Source: an uncultured Bryobacterales bacterium (GTDB taxonomy: Bacteria; Acidobacteriota; Terriglobia; Bryobacterales; UBA6623). Taken from it: 64,000 nucleotides of DNA. Under the pieces are notes generated by a model that ran no database searches, was not told where the DNA came from, and was given only the letters and a program-made list of their open reading frames with translations. A program made the position numbers and the translations under genes. Positions within the stretch are counted from its first letter, which is position 1. Every line of letters begins with the position of its first letter. Shown in pieces: positions 9,956 through 18,759 of the stretch. Location: the NCBI GenBank assembly GCA_951813605.1, contig OX638379.1, positions 606,139 through 670,138 on the forward strand. The letters are read 5' to 3'.

Positions 9956-12499
9956 GTGGCAGCTCGGTCAGTCGCCTTGGTTTTCCTGACGGGGTCGCTG
10001 TGCTTGCCGGCCTTCGGCGACGTCTCGTTTTCCGAGGAAATCGAGCCGCTTTTCAATCGCCACTGCGTCGTGTGCCACGGCGAGTCCCTTCAGCAGAGCG
10101 GCTTGAGGCTGGACCGTCGCGACTCCGCGATGCGGGGCGGCAATTCCGGGCCGGTCATCAGGCCGGGCAACGCCTCGGCGAGCGCTTTGCTCCAGAGGCT
10201 CGAGGGGCTCGGCGGCTTGCAGCAGATGCCTCCCGGACGGGCGCTGGCTGCCTCAGAGATCGAGACGATTCGCATGTGGGTTGACGAAGGAGCTCCATGG
10301 GATGCTCGAGACGACGTAGCGAATCCTGCAACGACCGCGGGACACTGGGCTTTCCGCCCGAACCGCCGTCCCGGCATTCCGCAAGTCCGCGACGCCGATT
10401 GGGTTAGGAATCCGATCGACGCCTTCGTGCTCGCGAGGCTGGAGAAGGAAGGGCTGGGCCCGTCTCCGGAGGCAGCGCCCCACACGCTGGCACGCCGGGC
10501 ATTTCTCGACATAACGGGCCTGCCGCCGACGCCGGCGGACTTTGCCCCAAACACCGAATACGACCGACTCTTGGAGCGTCTGTTGGAGTCCGATCACTAC
10601 GGCGAGAGGTGGGCCTCCGCTTGGCTCGATCAAGTGCGATATGCGGACTCTGACGGCTATGAAAAAGACACGGTTCGCCCTCACGCGTGGCGTTACCGCC
10701 ACTGGGTGATCGAAGCGCTGAATCGAGACATGCCGTTCGACCGGTTCACCGAAGCCCAAATTGCCGGAGACTCGGTCAGCGGGGCAACGACCGACCAGCG
10801 CGTGGCGACCGGGTTCTACCGCAATACCCTCAAGAATCGCGAAGGCGGCGTCAATGTCGACGAGTTCCGCTTCGAGGAAGTCGTGGACCGGACGAATACG
10901 GTGGCTACGGTGTGGCTCGGGCTCTCGATGGAATGCGCTCGGTGCCACGACCACAAGTACGACCCGATTACCCAAAAGGACTACTACCGGATGTTCGCTT
11001 TCTTCAACGAATTGGACGAAGTGGACATCGACGCACCACTGCCCGGTGAGATCGGTCCCTTCTTGGACGCAAAGCCTGGCTTTCATCGCCGACTGCAGGA
11101 GATCTACGACAGATACAAGGTGCGCGATCTGCTGGGTCCTTGGACCAAAAAGATGCTCTGGGCCTCGGAGAACTCCGGCGTGGAACATGAGTGGGATACG
11201 AGCTGGGACATCCTCGCCCTCTACCTTGACGACGGCCAACGCATATTGCGAACTCCTCCTAGTCAGCGCCATTGGCGCGAGGACTACGCCCTGACCGAAT
11301 GGTTTCTGCGCAACTACAGCCGCGTGACGAGCAAGGAGGAATACGAGGCCACGGGATTCAAGAAGGCGGTGAAGGAGGTTCACGCTTTGGTCGGCACGTT
11401 CCCGGACGTCAGCCGGGCCCGGGCCGTCCAGGTCTCGGCGAAGCCGCCGCTTTCCCATGTCCATCCCGCTGGCGAATGGGACGAAGTCGGCGAAGAAGTG
11501 TTCCCGGGAACGCCGGTGACGCTGCCTCCCATCAACGCAAAGGGCCCCGTACCGACACGGCTCGACTTGGCCCGATGGCTCACGTCGAAGGACAACCCGT
11601 TGACGGCGCGCGTCGCGGTGAACCGCATCTGGCAGCAATACTTCGGGGACGGGCTGGTCGCGACAGCGGACAATTTCGGTCTTCGCGGGGAACCACCCTC
11701 ACACCCCGGCCTCCTCGACTGGCTGGCGATGGAGTTCATCGAATCGGGTTGGAGTCTCAAGCACGTACACCGCCTCATCGCCACCTCGTCGACCTATCGC
11801 CAGTCCTCTCGCAAGCGAGATGACTTAGCGGACAAGGACCCGGCTAATCGGCTTCTTGGCCGCCAGGCTCGCCTGCGCCTCCCGGCGGAGGCGCTGCGCG
11901 ACGCCGCGCTCTCGGTATCCAGCCTGCTCGATCCCACCATAGGCGGACCTAGCGTCCGGCCCTATCAGCCGGCAGGTGTGACCGACCTCAGCTACGGTAG
12001 TTCCGTGAAGTGGGCAGAGAGCGCAGGAAGCGACCCCTACCGCCGCGGTGTCTACATACACTTCCAACGCACCACGCCTTATCCGTTCCTCGCGAATTTC
12101 GACCTCCAGGAGCGCAATGTGGCGGTGTGCTCTAGGAACCGTTCCAACACGCCGTTGCAAGCGCTCAACCTGCTCAACGACCCGGCCTTCTTCGAAATGT
12201 CCCAAGGATTGGCATACCGTGTCTTGAGCGAGACGCCCGGCAAACAATTCGAGGAGCGTTTGGAACACGCTTTCGAGCTTTGCCTGGCACGCAAGCCAAG
12301 CAACTCCGAGCGCACGACGATGCACGACTACTTCATCCGGCAGCGCGCGCTACTGGAGGAGGACGAGCAGTCGGCACGCGAGTGGTTCCCCTTCCAGATT
12401 GCCGCCGCGGGAGAGCCGATCGACCCGACAGCCTCGGCGGCCTGGGTCGGCGTCAGCCGAATCCTGTTAAACATGGACGAATTCATCACGAGGGAGTAG
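9956..12499 (+). CDS. PSCyt1/PSCyt2/PSD1 (DUF1549/DUF1553) haem-motif protein
   Basis: Has 'FNRHCVVCHG' (CxxCH), 'NPIDAFVLARLEKEGL', 'FLDITGLPPTP' and 'CARCHDHKYDPITQKDYY'. In-frame GTGs at 9938, 9941 and 9956 avoid overlapping the sulfatase. GTG 9956 gives a signal-like 'VAARSVALVFLTGSLCLPAFG'. Confidence 0.85.
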   Translation: MAARSVALVFLTGSLCLPAFGDVSFSEEIEPLFNRHCVVCHGESLQQSGLRLDRRDSAMRGGNSGPVIRPGNASASALLQRLEGLGGLQQMPPGRALAASEIETIRMWVDEGAPWDARDDVANPATTAGHWAFRPNRRPGIPQVRDADWVRNPIDAFVLARLEKEGLGPSPEAAPHTLARRAFLDITGLPPTPADFAPNTEYDRLLERLLESDHYGERWASAWLDQVRYADSDGYEKDTVRPHAWRYRHWVIEALNRDMPFDRFTEAQIAGDSVSGATTDQRVATGFYRNTLKNREGGVNVDEFRFEEVVDRTNTVATVWLGLSMECARCHDHKYDPITQKDYYRMFAFFNELDEVDIDAPLPGEIGPFLDAKPGFHRRLQEIYDRYKVRDLLGPWTKKMLWASENSGVEHEWDTSWDILALYLDDGQRILRTPPSQRHWREDYALTEWFLRNYSRVTSKEEYEATGFKKAVKEVHALVGTFPDVSRARAVQVSAKPPLSHVHPAGEWDEVGEEVFPGTPVTLPPINAKGPVPTRLDLARWLTSKDNPLTARVAVNRIWQQYFGDGLVATADNFGLRGEPPSHPGLLDWLAMEFIESGWSLKHVHRLIATSSTYRQSSRKRDDLADKDPANRLLGRQARLRLPAEALRDAALSVSSLLDPTIGGPSVRPYQPAGVTDLSYGSSVKWAESAGSDPYRRGVYIHFQRTTPYPFLANFDLQERNVAVCSRNRSNTPLQALNLLNDPAFFEMSQGLAYRVLSETPGKQFEERLEHAFELCLARKPSNSERTTMHDYFIRQRALLEEDEQSAREWFPFQIAAAGEPIDPTASAAWVGVSRILLNMDEFITRE

Positions 12500-12505
12500 C
12501 TGGAA

Positions 12506-13933
12506 ATGACGCTAGAAAAGTACCGGGCGGTCCAGACCCGTCGCAGTTTTCTCGACAGCTGCGCTGGAGGTCTTGGCACGGTCGGCCTCGCTCACCTCAT
12601 GGGACTGGAGGGATTGACCGCCGCAACAGCTATTGGGCCGACGGCCCTGCCGAAGCCGCATTTCGCGCCGAAGGCGAAGAACCTGATCTTCTTGTTCATG
12701 GCAGGTGCACCGAGTCAGATGGATCTCTTCGATCCGAAACCCAGCTTGGAGAAATGGCACGGCTCTGCTCTTCCCGCGTCCATGACGCAGGATCTGAAGC
12801 TGGCCTTCATCAAGCCGACCGCCAAAGTCTTGGCCAGTCCGCGGGAGTTTTCCCGATGCGGGCAGAGCGGCATGGAGATCAGCGACTACCTGCCGTGCCT
12901 GCAAGGGGTAGCCGACGATATCTGCTTGGTGCGTTCGATGCAGACCGGCCAAGTCAACCACCATCCAGGTCAGTCAATGCTGATGAGCGGCAGCCCTCTG
13001 GTCGGGCGCCCGACCGTCGGCGCATGGCTCACCTACGGGCTCGGAAGCGAGTCGCGGAACCTGCCCGGGTTCGTCGTGCTGAGTTCGGGCCGTGGCGCAA
13101 GCGGAGGGGCCTCCAATTTTTCAAGCGGCTTCCTGTCTTCGACCTACGCCGGCGTACCATTTCGCAAGTCGGGCGACCCGATCCTTTACCTCTCGAATCC
13201 AAAGGGCGTCTCGCGGGAGTCGCAACGGTTGAGCCTCGAGACGCTGCGACGGCTCAACGAAGAGAATCTGGAGCGCAGCGGCGACCCGCAAATCGCATCG
13301 CGCATGGCGAACTACGAGCTGGCCTTCCGCATGCAGGCGTCCGCCCCCGAACTGCTTGACTTCTCCGACGAATCGCAGTCCACCAAGGACGGCTACGGCA
13401 TTGACCAGGAGCCGACGAACGCGTACGGCACGAACTGCCTGATGGCTCGCAGGATGGTGGAACGAGGCGTGCGAGTTGTGATGCTGATCCACGCTTCATG
13501 GGACGACCACACGAATCTAGACGAAGGGCTAAAGAAGAATTGCGATATCACCGACAAGCCCGTGGCGGCGTTACTGCAGGATCTTAAGCAGAGAGGGCTT
13601 CTTGACGAGACGCTGGTCGTCTGGGGCGGCGAATTCGGCCGCACTTCCTTAGGCCAGCTGAAGCACGTGGGAGACAAGGTCGGTCGCGACCATCACCCGA
13701 ATGGATTCTCCATGTGGCTGGCTGGAGGCGGTGTCAAGGGCGGACAGGTCGTCGGGTCGACTGACGAGCTCGCGCTCCGAGCGGTCGAGGACCCCGTTCA
13801 CGTGCATGACCTGCAGGCTACGGTCCTGCACTTGATGGGTCTTGACCACGAGCGCCTCACCTATCGACACATGGGTCGGGACTTCCGGCTTACCGACGTT
13901 AGCGGCACGGTGGTGAACAAGATCGTCGCTTGA
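12506..13933 (+). CDS. DUF1501 domain protein (sulfatase/alkaline-phosphatase fold), Tat signal
   Basis: 475-aa ORF starting 7 nt after the preceding stop. Twin-arginine motif 'QTRRSFLDSCAGGLG', then the typical 'WGGEFGRT' and 'GRDHHPNGF'. Confidence 0.85.
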   Translation: MTLEKYRAVQTRRSFLDSCAGGLGTVGLAHLMGLEGLTAATAIGPTALPKPHFAPKAKNLIFLFMAGAPSQMDLFDPKPSLEKWHGSALPASMTQDLKLAFIKPTAKVLASPREFSRCGQSGMEISDYLPCLQGVADDICLVRSMQTGQVNHHPGQSMLMSGSPLVGRPTVGAWLTYGLGSESRNLPGFVVLSSGRGASGGASNFSSGFLSSTYAGVPFRKSGDPILYLSNPKGVSRESQRLSLETLRRLNEENLERSGDPQIASRMANYELAFRMQASAPELLDFSDESQSTKDGYGIDQEPTNAYGTNCLMARRMVERGVRVVMLIHASWDDHTNLDEGLKKNCDITDKPVAALLQDLKQRGLLDETLVVWGGEFGRTSLGQLKHVGDKVGRDHHPNGFSMWLAGGGVKGGQVVGSTDELALRAVEDPVHVHDLQATVLHLMGLDHERLTYRHMGRDFRLTDVSGTVVNKIVA

Positions 13934-14376
13934 GCGAAATGCCTGTTGTGAATATGGTCTTCTAGCGAGTCTTGCGAATCCCGCAGAGGGCGCGGAGACG
14001 TGGTCTTGGCTGCGCCTTGAACCGGCGTGGAGATTGACGCAGGGCGAATTCGGCGAGCTCGCAGGTCAGGCAGTGTTTATCGACAGGGCCTTGATCCGTC
14101 TCCGGCAGACAGCAATTCAGCAGGACGGATACGGCGGCCGCAGGAAAACCCTTTCAAACCGGCATCGACCCCCTCGCTGTGACCGCTGTCACGAACCTGA
14201 ATCTAACTGTGAGGAGCGGGGAACAGCTCGATCAGTGGGCCGCGCCGATCCCGACGCAGGGCTCTGTTGTTCCCAGAATGAGGCCTTGTGGCGCTGGCAA
14301 TTGATGCGCCTGGCGCGAGCCCGAGCCGGCTTCCTAGAGAATTCGTGCGAGCTACTTATTTCACCATTCTCGCGGT

Positions 14377-14618
14377 GTGAAGAACGTCACTGTCGCAATT
14401 CCCGAAGATCTCGCGTTGCGGTTGTGGGTCCGGATTCGTGCTGCCGAGCAGAATCTAAGCGTGTTGCGCTGGGTGGCGGCGATGGTCGCCGAGCTGAGAG
14501 GACGACTACGAGACCTCAATGGAGCGCTTTCTTGCAACAAGGCCCCGGGGAACTGCAATGGGTTGATGGTTGCAAGCCGACGCGAGAGGAAACTCATGAC
14601 CGGGCCCGTCTTCTTTGA
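14377..14618 (+). pseudogene. ribbon-helix-helix antitoxin-like gene (VapB-type), probably frameshifted
   Basis: Frame 1 reads 'MKNVTVAIPEDLALRLWVRIRAAEQNLSV' (RHH-like). A plausible C-terminus 'TREETHDRARLL*' sits in another frame and ends at 14618. Frame 1 instead runs without a stop into the PIN start. Confidence 0.4.
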
Positions 14619-15010
14619 CACAAACGTGCTCGTGAATCGTCGTGATTCCTCGGGCCGAGCCAAGCAGTCTCGCGCTGACAGCTGGATCAGGCTCCTCGCA
14701 GCGAATCGTTTCGGACGTCTCAATATTCAATTCCTTCAGGAATTTCATGTGACTCCTAATCAAAACCTGCAAGCGGGCCTTGACTCGCGAGGAGTGAGGG
14801 GAATCGTCCGTGACGTGATGGCATGGCAGCCAGCGCTGTTGATCTTGCCGTCTTGGAGAAGGGTTGGCTGCTCCAGGACCGCCATTCGCATTCTTGATGG
14901 GACACCCTCATTGTCGGCACCGCGCAAACATGTGACTGACCAATTCTCTTGACGAGGACCTGCAGCACGACCAAGTTCTTGGAACGGTGCGCGAGGTCAA
15001 CCCCTTCGCG
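14596..15010 (+). pseudogene. PIN-domain toxin (VapC-like), disrupted by at least 2 frameshifts and an internal TGA
   Basis: Frame 1 reads 'MTGPVFFDTNVLV...NIQFLQEFHVT...VMAWQP'. Frame 3 reads 'AVDLAVLEKGWLLQDRHSHS*WDTLIVGTAQTCD*'. Frame 2 reads 'LDEDLQHDQVLGTVREVNPFA'. Taken in order, the three pieces give a complete PIN layout. Confidence 0.55.
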
Positions 15011-15129
15011 TCCCCCCCGGGCGCTCGCTCGCAAACATCTTGCAATCAATGCCGTCTTTGCCTCCATGCGGAAGTCGCGTACGCTTCCGTATGGGGGTGC
15101 CGAAGTCGGCGACCTCGGCACCCGCAACG

Positions 15130-18100
15130 CTAGAACAGGATCTTCAGGGCAAACTGGATCTGGCGCGGATCCTGAGCCGAAGTGATCCTACCGAAGGCAC
15201 CGCTAGTCAGGCGCAGCCTAGAACCGGAAGGCGCTCGGAAGTTTGCCCGATTGAATGCGTTGAAGAACTCGGCTCGGAACTGCAGTCTCAGGTTTTCCCG
15301 AATTGTCGTCGTCTTGAATAGCGAGAGATCGAACACCTGCTGTCCCGGAGCGCTGAGGACATTGGCCCCAAAGTTGCCGAACAAGCCGCACTTGCTGTCA
15401 CTTGCGAAGCCGGCATTCAGGCAGGGGTTGGCGAACGCGCTCGCGTTCAGAAGTTGCAAGCTGCTCCGATGATTGCTGAATCGGCCCTGTCCCCCCACAT
15501 AGTCAACGCGCTGGACCCCGCTGTCGTTGTTGCCCCTCGTGTCCCGTCCTGACGCGATGGTCCGTATCGGCATGCCAGTCTGCAGGCTGACGATCCAATT
15601 GAATTGCCACCCTTCTAGGAACTTCTTGCCGAAGCCGGAAGTGAGACCCAGTCTGCGGTCTGCTTGGAGTTCCCAAGCGCCGTCAAGAATGAAGTTGTGG
15701 CGAATGTCGGTTCCCGTGCGCCCGCGGGACCCCCGCCAGTTGTTCTGGTCCTGGATCGTCCCGTTACCGAAGGCCGTGACGGCGTCGATTCCGCTGTAGA
15801 CGATCCCGTGGCTCCAAGTGTAGTGACTGTTAAACGTGAAGCCCTTGCTGAATCGTTTCTTCAATGAAAGCTCTAGCGCGTGGTAATTGGAGTTGCCGGA
15901 GTGCTGCTGGTAGGAAATCCGTCCGATGGAAGGGTCCGGGCGGAGCTGAGCTCCCAATTCCGGGATGATCTCGTTATGGAATTTCGTGGCCAGCAGCTTG
16001 AGTCCGCGATTCCCGACGTAGCCTCCCTGGACCACTAAGTCGTTCGCAAGCTGCCGCTGAAGGTTGATGGACCATTGCTCGCTGTAGGTTGTCCGTTGGC
16101 TCCGGTCGAACGTCTGACGGCTCGGAGGCCCCAGAACGGAGATATCGAATCCGGGCGCGACGACGTTAATCGGAAAATCCACCAGATAGGAAGGAGTCGT
16201 GTCCTTGAAGATCGTGAGGTCGTACGGCAGTTCGGGCGGATTGCCCAGAATCGTGACTTCTCGGTAGGTGTTGGGGGAATAGAACACGCCTCCTCCCATT
16301 CGCAGAACTGTCTTGGAATTCCCACCTATGTCCCAGGCCAATCCGAACCGCGGGCCCCAGTTGTTCTTGTCTGGGTCCCACGGTGGCGTTCCCTTGGGGG
16401 CATAGGCCCCGAACGGCGAGGCGATGACGTTGTAGAGGTGATCCCCTCTGGCTTCGATCGGAGGTGTGTAGTATTCATACCGAACGCCGAGGTTCAGCGT
16501 CAGGTTGGGCGTGACGCGCCAGTCGTCTTGGAGGTAGATCCCCCACTGGCTCTCTTGATAGCGTCGCAACGGATTGCCGATGGTGATGAATACGCTTTCC
16601 CACGACCCGTTGATCACGTTCTCGACTGATGTGAAGCGATAGTGGGGATTCTCAAAGTTCCGTCGACCGTAGTGAAACCGGCGGTTTTCGAAACCCATCT
16701 TCAGAGCGTGGGAACCCTTCGTGATTGAAAAATTGTTAAGGGCGCTAAGGCTCCCGCCGTTCGATTGCAAAAGCTCCTGCCGGTCGTGATTGAAAGGACC
16801 TTGAATTCTTCCGGGGCCCTGAGCGTCTTGAAAGAATGCTTCTTGCCGGCGCGGCATGTTCTGCTTGTGGAATCCATAGCGGAACTCGTTCATCATGCTG
16901 GCTCCGAACAAATGCGTCCACGAAAACGTTCCGTTTTGTTCCTGCGGAGGGTAGTTAGTACCGTTCAAGGGGGAGATGTCCGGAAGAAATACTTCAGCGT
17001 CTAGGATCGTATAGCGCAGGAAAAACATATCGTTGGGCGTCGGATGAAAATCAAACTTGCCCAAAGCGCTGTCTTGGTCTTCCATATTGGTGCCGCTACG
17101 TCGGTGGCGCGCCAGCAAGCCCCCCTGCGTCTCCGAATTGGGTACGTTTGGCAGAGGAAGCAAGTCGAGCATGGAGGGAGCCGTCCCGTCAGAACCTTGG
17201 AATTGCTGGCCGTATTCCGGTGTTGCTTGCAGCATGAGATCCCTCATGCGCTGAGTCGGAACCGGTCCTTCCAGCTGGCGGCCGCGCCGCACGCGAGCAC
17301 TCTCCCAACCACCGAAGAAGAAGAGCTTGTTCTTTATGATCGGCCCACCGACTGCGACGCCGAACTGGTTGATCTTGTTTGGGTCCTTGCTTCTGGCGAA
17401 GAAGTTCTTTGCGTCCAACTTGTCGTTGCGCATGAAGTAGAACAAGCTGCCGTGCGGGTCGTTGGTGCCCGATTTGGTGATCACGTTCAGCCCGCCAGAG
17501 GCTGCGCGGCCGATTTCAGCGGAAAAGACCCCCACGGTCGTCTTGAACTCCTCGATGAATTCAATGCTCAGAACATTCATTTGGGCTTGGCCGCCGAAGT
17601 TTCCCGTGAAGTTCGTCGAGGGCCGGTCGGGATGCGACGCGTCCGTGCCATCGACAGTGATGTTCACGCCGTCGCGTGTGAGTCCATGGAAGTACACTCC
17701 CCCTCGGCTGTACACGACGCCCGGCTCCAATTCGATCAACTGGCTGAAATTGCGGCCGTTCAGCGGCATCTCCAGAACTTGCTTGTTCTGAATCACGACG
17801 CCGCCTTCCGATTTCTGCGTCTGCACGAGCGCGACAGCTTCGGTGACGGTCACGCTTTCGGTGACCTCTCCGACCTCGAGAACCAAGTCAATCTTGGGAC
17901 GGTCACTGGCGAACAAGCGGATACCGGACTGCTCGGTCCGCTTGAAGCCAGTAGACTCTACCGCCAGATCGTATTCCCCGGGCGGAAGGAGTTCGATGCT
18001 GTAGTTGCCCGCAGCATCAGTCTCCACGGTCCGCTCGGCTTGCGTGGCAACATTGGAAACCGTGACAGTTGCTCCAGGGACCAACGCACCTGTCTGGTCA

Positions 18101-18210
18101 GACACGCTCCCAACAATAGTGGCGGTGTTAATTTGGGCCGTCGCCCTTGTCGAGAACAGCAGCAAAATGCATGCAGTTACTACGTGGAGCACAAGCTTTG
18201 TTTTTGGCAC
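15130..18210 (-). CDS. TonB-dependent receptor with N-terminal carboxypeptidase-regulatory-like domain
   Basis: About 1026 aa. Has 'TATIVGSVSDQTGALVPGATVTVSN...AGNYSIELLPPGEYDLAVESTGFK' (CarboxypepD_reg), then plug and barrel, with a C-terminal '...FALKILF' ending in an aromatic residue. GTG 18210 is preceded by 'GGAAGGGGG' and gives the signal 'VPKTKLVLHVVTACILLLFSTRATAQ'. Confidence 0.85.
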   Translation of the reverse strand: MPKTKLVLHVVTACILLLFSTRATAQINTATIVGSVSDQTGALVPGATVTVSNVATQAERTVETDAAGNYSIELLPPGEYDLAVESTGFKRTEQSGIRLFASDRPKIDLVLEVGEVTESVTVTEAVALVQTQKSEGGVVIQNKQVLEMPLNGRNFSQLIELEPGVVYSRGGVYFHGLTRDGVNITVDGTDASHPDRPSTNFTGNFGGQAQMNVLSIEFIEEFKTTVGVFSAEIGRAASGGLNVITKSGTNDPHGSLFYFMRNDKLDAKNFFARSKDPNKINQFGVAVGGPIIKNKLFFFGGWESARVRRGRQLEGPVPTQRMRDLMLQATPEYGQQFQGSDGTAPSMLDLLPLPNVPNSETQGGLLARHRRSGTNMEDQDSALGKFDFHPTPNDMFFLRYTILDAEVFLPDISPLNGTNYPPQEQNGTFSWTHLFGASMMNEFRYGFHKQNMPRRQEAFFQDAQGPGRIQGPFNHDRQELLQSNGGSLSALNNFSITKGSHALKMGFENRRFHYGRRNFENPHYRFTSVENVINGSWESVFITIGNPLRRYQESQWGIYLQDDWRVTPNLTLNLGVRYEYYTPPIEARGDHLYNVIASPFGAYAPKGTPPWDPDKNNWGPRFGLAWDIGGNSKTVLRMGGGVFYSPNTYREVTILGNPPELPYDLTIFKDTTPSYLVDFPINVVAPGFDISVLGPPSRQTFDRSQRTTYSEQWSINLQRQLANDLVVQGGYVGNRGLKLLATKFHNEIIPELGAQLRPDPSIGRISYQQHSGNSNYHALELSLKKRFSKGFTFNSHYTWSHGIVYSGIDAVTAFGNGTIQDQNNWRGSRGRTGTDIRHNFILDGAWELQADRRLGLTSGFGKKFLEGWQFNWIVSLQTGMPIRTIASGRDTRGNNDSGVQRVDYVGGQGRFSNHRSSLQLLNASAFANPCLNAGFASDSKCGLFGNFGANVLSAPGQQVFDLSLFKTTTIRENLRLQFRAEFFNAFNRANFRAPSGSRLRLTSGAFGRITSAQDPRQIQFALKILF

Positions 18211-18290
18211 AGAAATTCCCCCTTCCGTCAACGAATGACGCCATGGAAACACCAAACCTAGCAAGGCCCTTTAATGTCGATGTCGATTGC

Positions 18291-18319
18291 AGAATACGCC
18301 CAACCCGGTTGAAGGTCAA
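18291..18319 (-). promoter_or_regulatory. candidate sigma70-type promoter for the TonB receptor gene
   Basis: The minus strand reads TTGACC-N17-TATTCT about 80-100 nt upstream of GTG 18210, inside an AT-rich stretch. Motif match only. Confidence 0.25.
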
Positions 18320-18759
18320 GGAGAAAATTCAATAATTAGCGAAAAACACCATGCAAACTGCAGGGTAATTTGACGGTTAAAGGAAATAATCAGCGATTTG
18401 GGATCATACAACAGCTGTCCAGTGCAGTTGTGGAGGGTTCAAGCAATTCAGGAACTCTTATTCCTGCGACGAGAAAGAATCGGGACAAGACGCATTGGAC
18501 AGCTTCAATGCGAGCTCGGCTGTGGCTATCGCGCGGCCAGATTCCAGAGGCGTGAAGAGCAGATCGAGGTCCGGGGCAAGCCAGCTATGGATCTTGCGTC
18601 CATTGGCGTCTAGAACCGATTTGACATCCGGAACGATCGAGAAACAATCCGCAGGCAAATGGCTTGGTGCGAAACCTGGACGCTATAGTGATGTGAGTCG
18701 TCGCGCCCAAGCCCTGCGCCAGCCTGGACACATAGCCAGCAAGCTATTTTTCCGTGATT

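Noticed and set aside
10253-11638. 461-aa minus-strand ORF antisense to the PSCyt/PSD gene. Similar long antisense or alternate-frame ORFs occur at 17044-18261, 19399-20718, 12280-13359, 36049-37041 and 5422-6429.
   Set aside because: The sequences are Arg/Pro/Gly-rich and low-complexity, as expected for shadow frames in high-GC DNA. Each one fully overlaps a gene with clear family motifs on the other strand or frame.
13934-14376. Minus-strand Cys-rich frame '...NCCLPETDQGPVDKHCLTCELAEFALRQ...' suggesting a zinc-ribbon (MqsA-like) fragment, and the plus-strand 194-aa ORF 14034-14618.
   Set aside because: The frame opens right after a stop with no start codon, and similarity is limited to a CxxC spacing. 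The plus-strand ORF looks like non-coding read-through apart from its last approximately 15 codons, which are used in the VapB-like interpretation.
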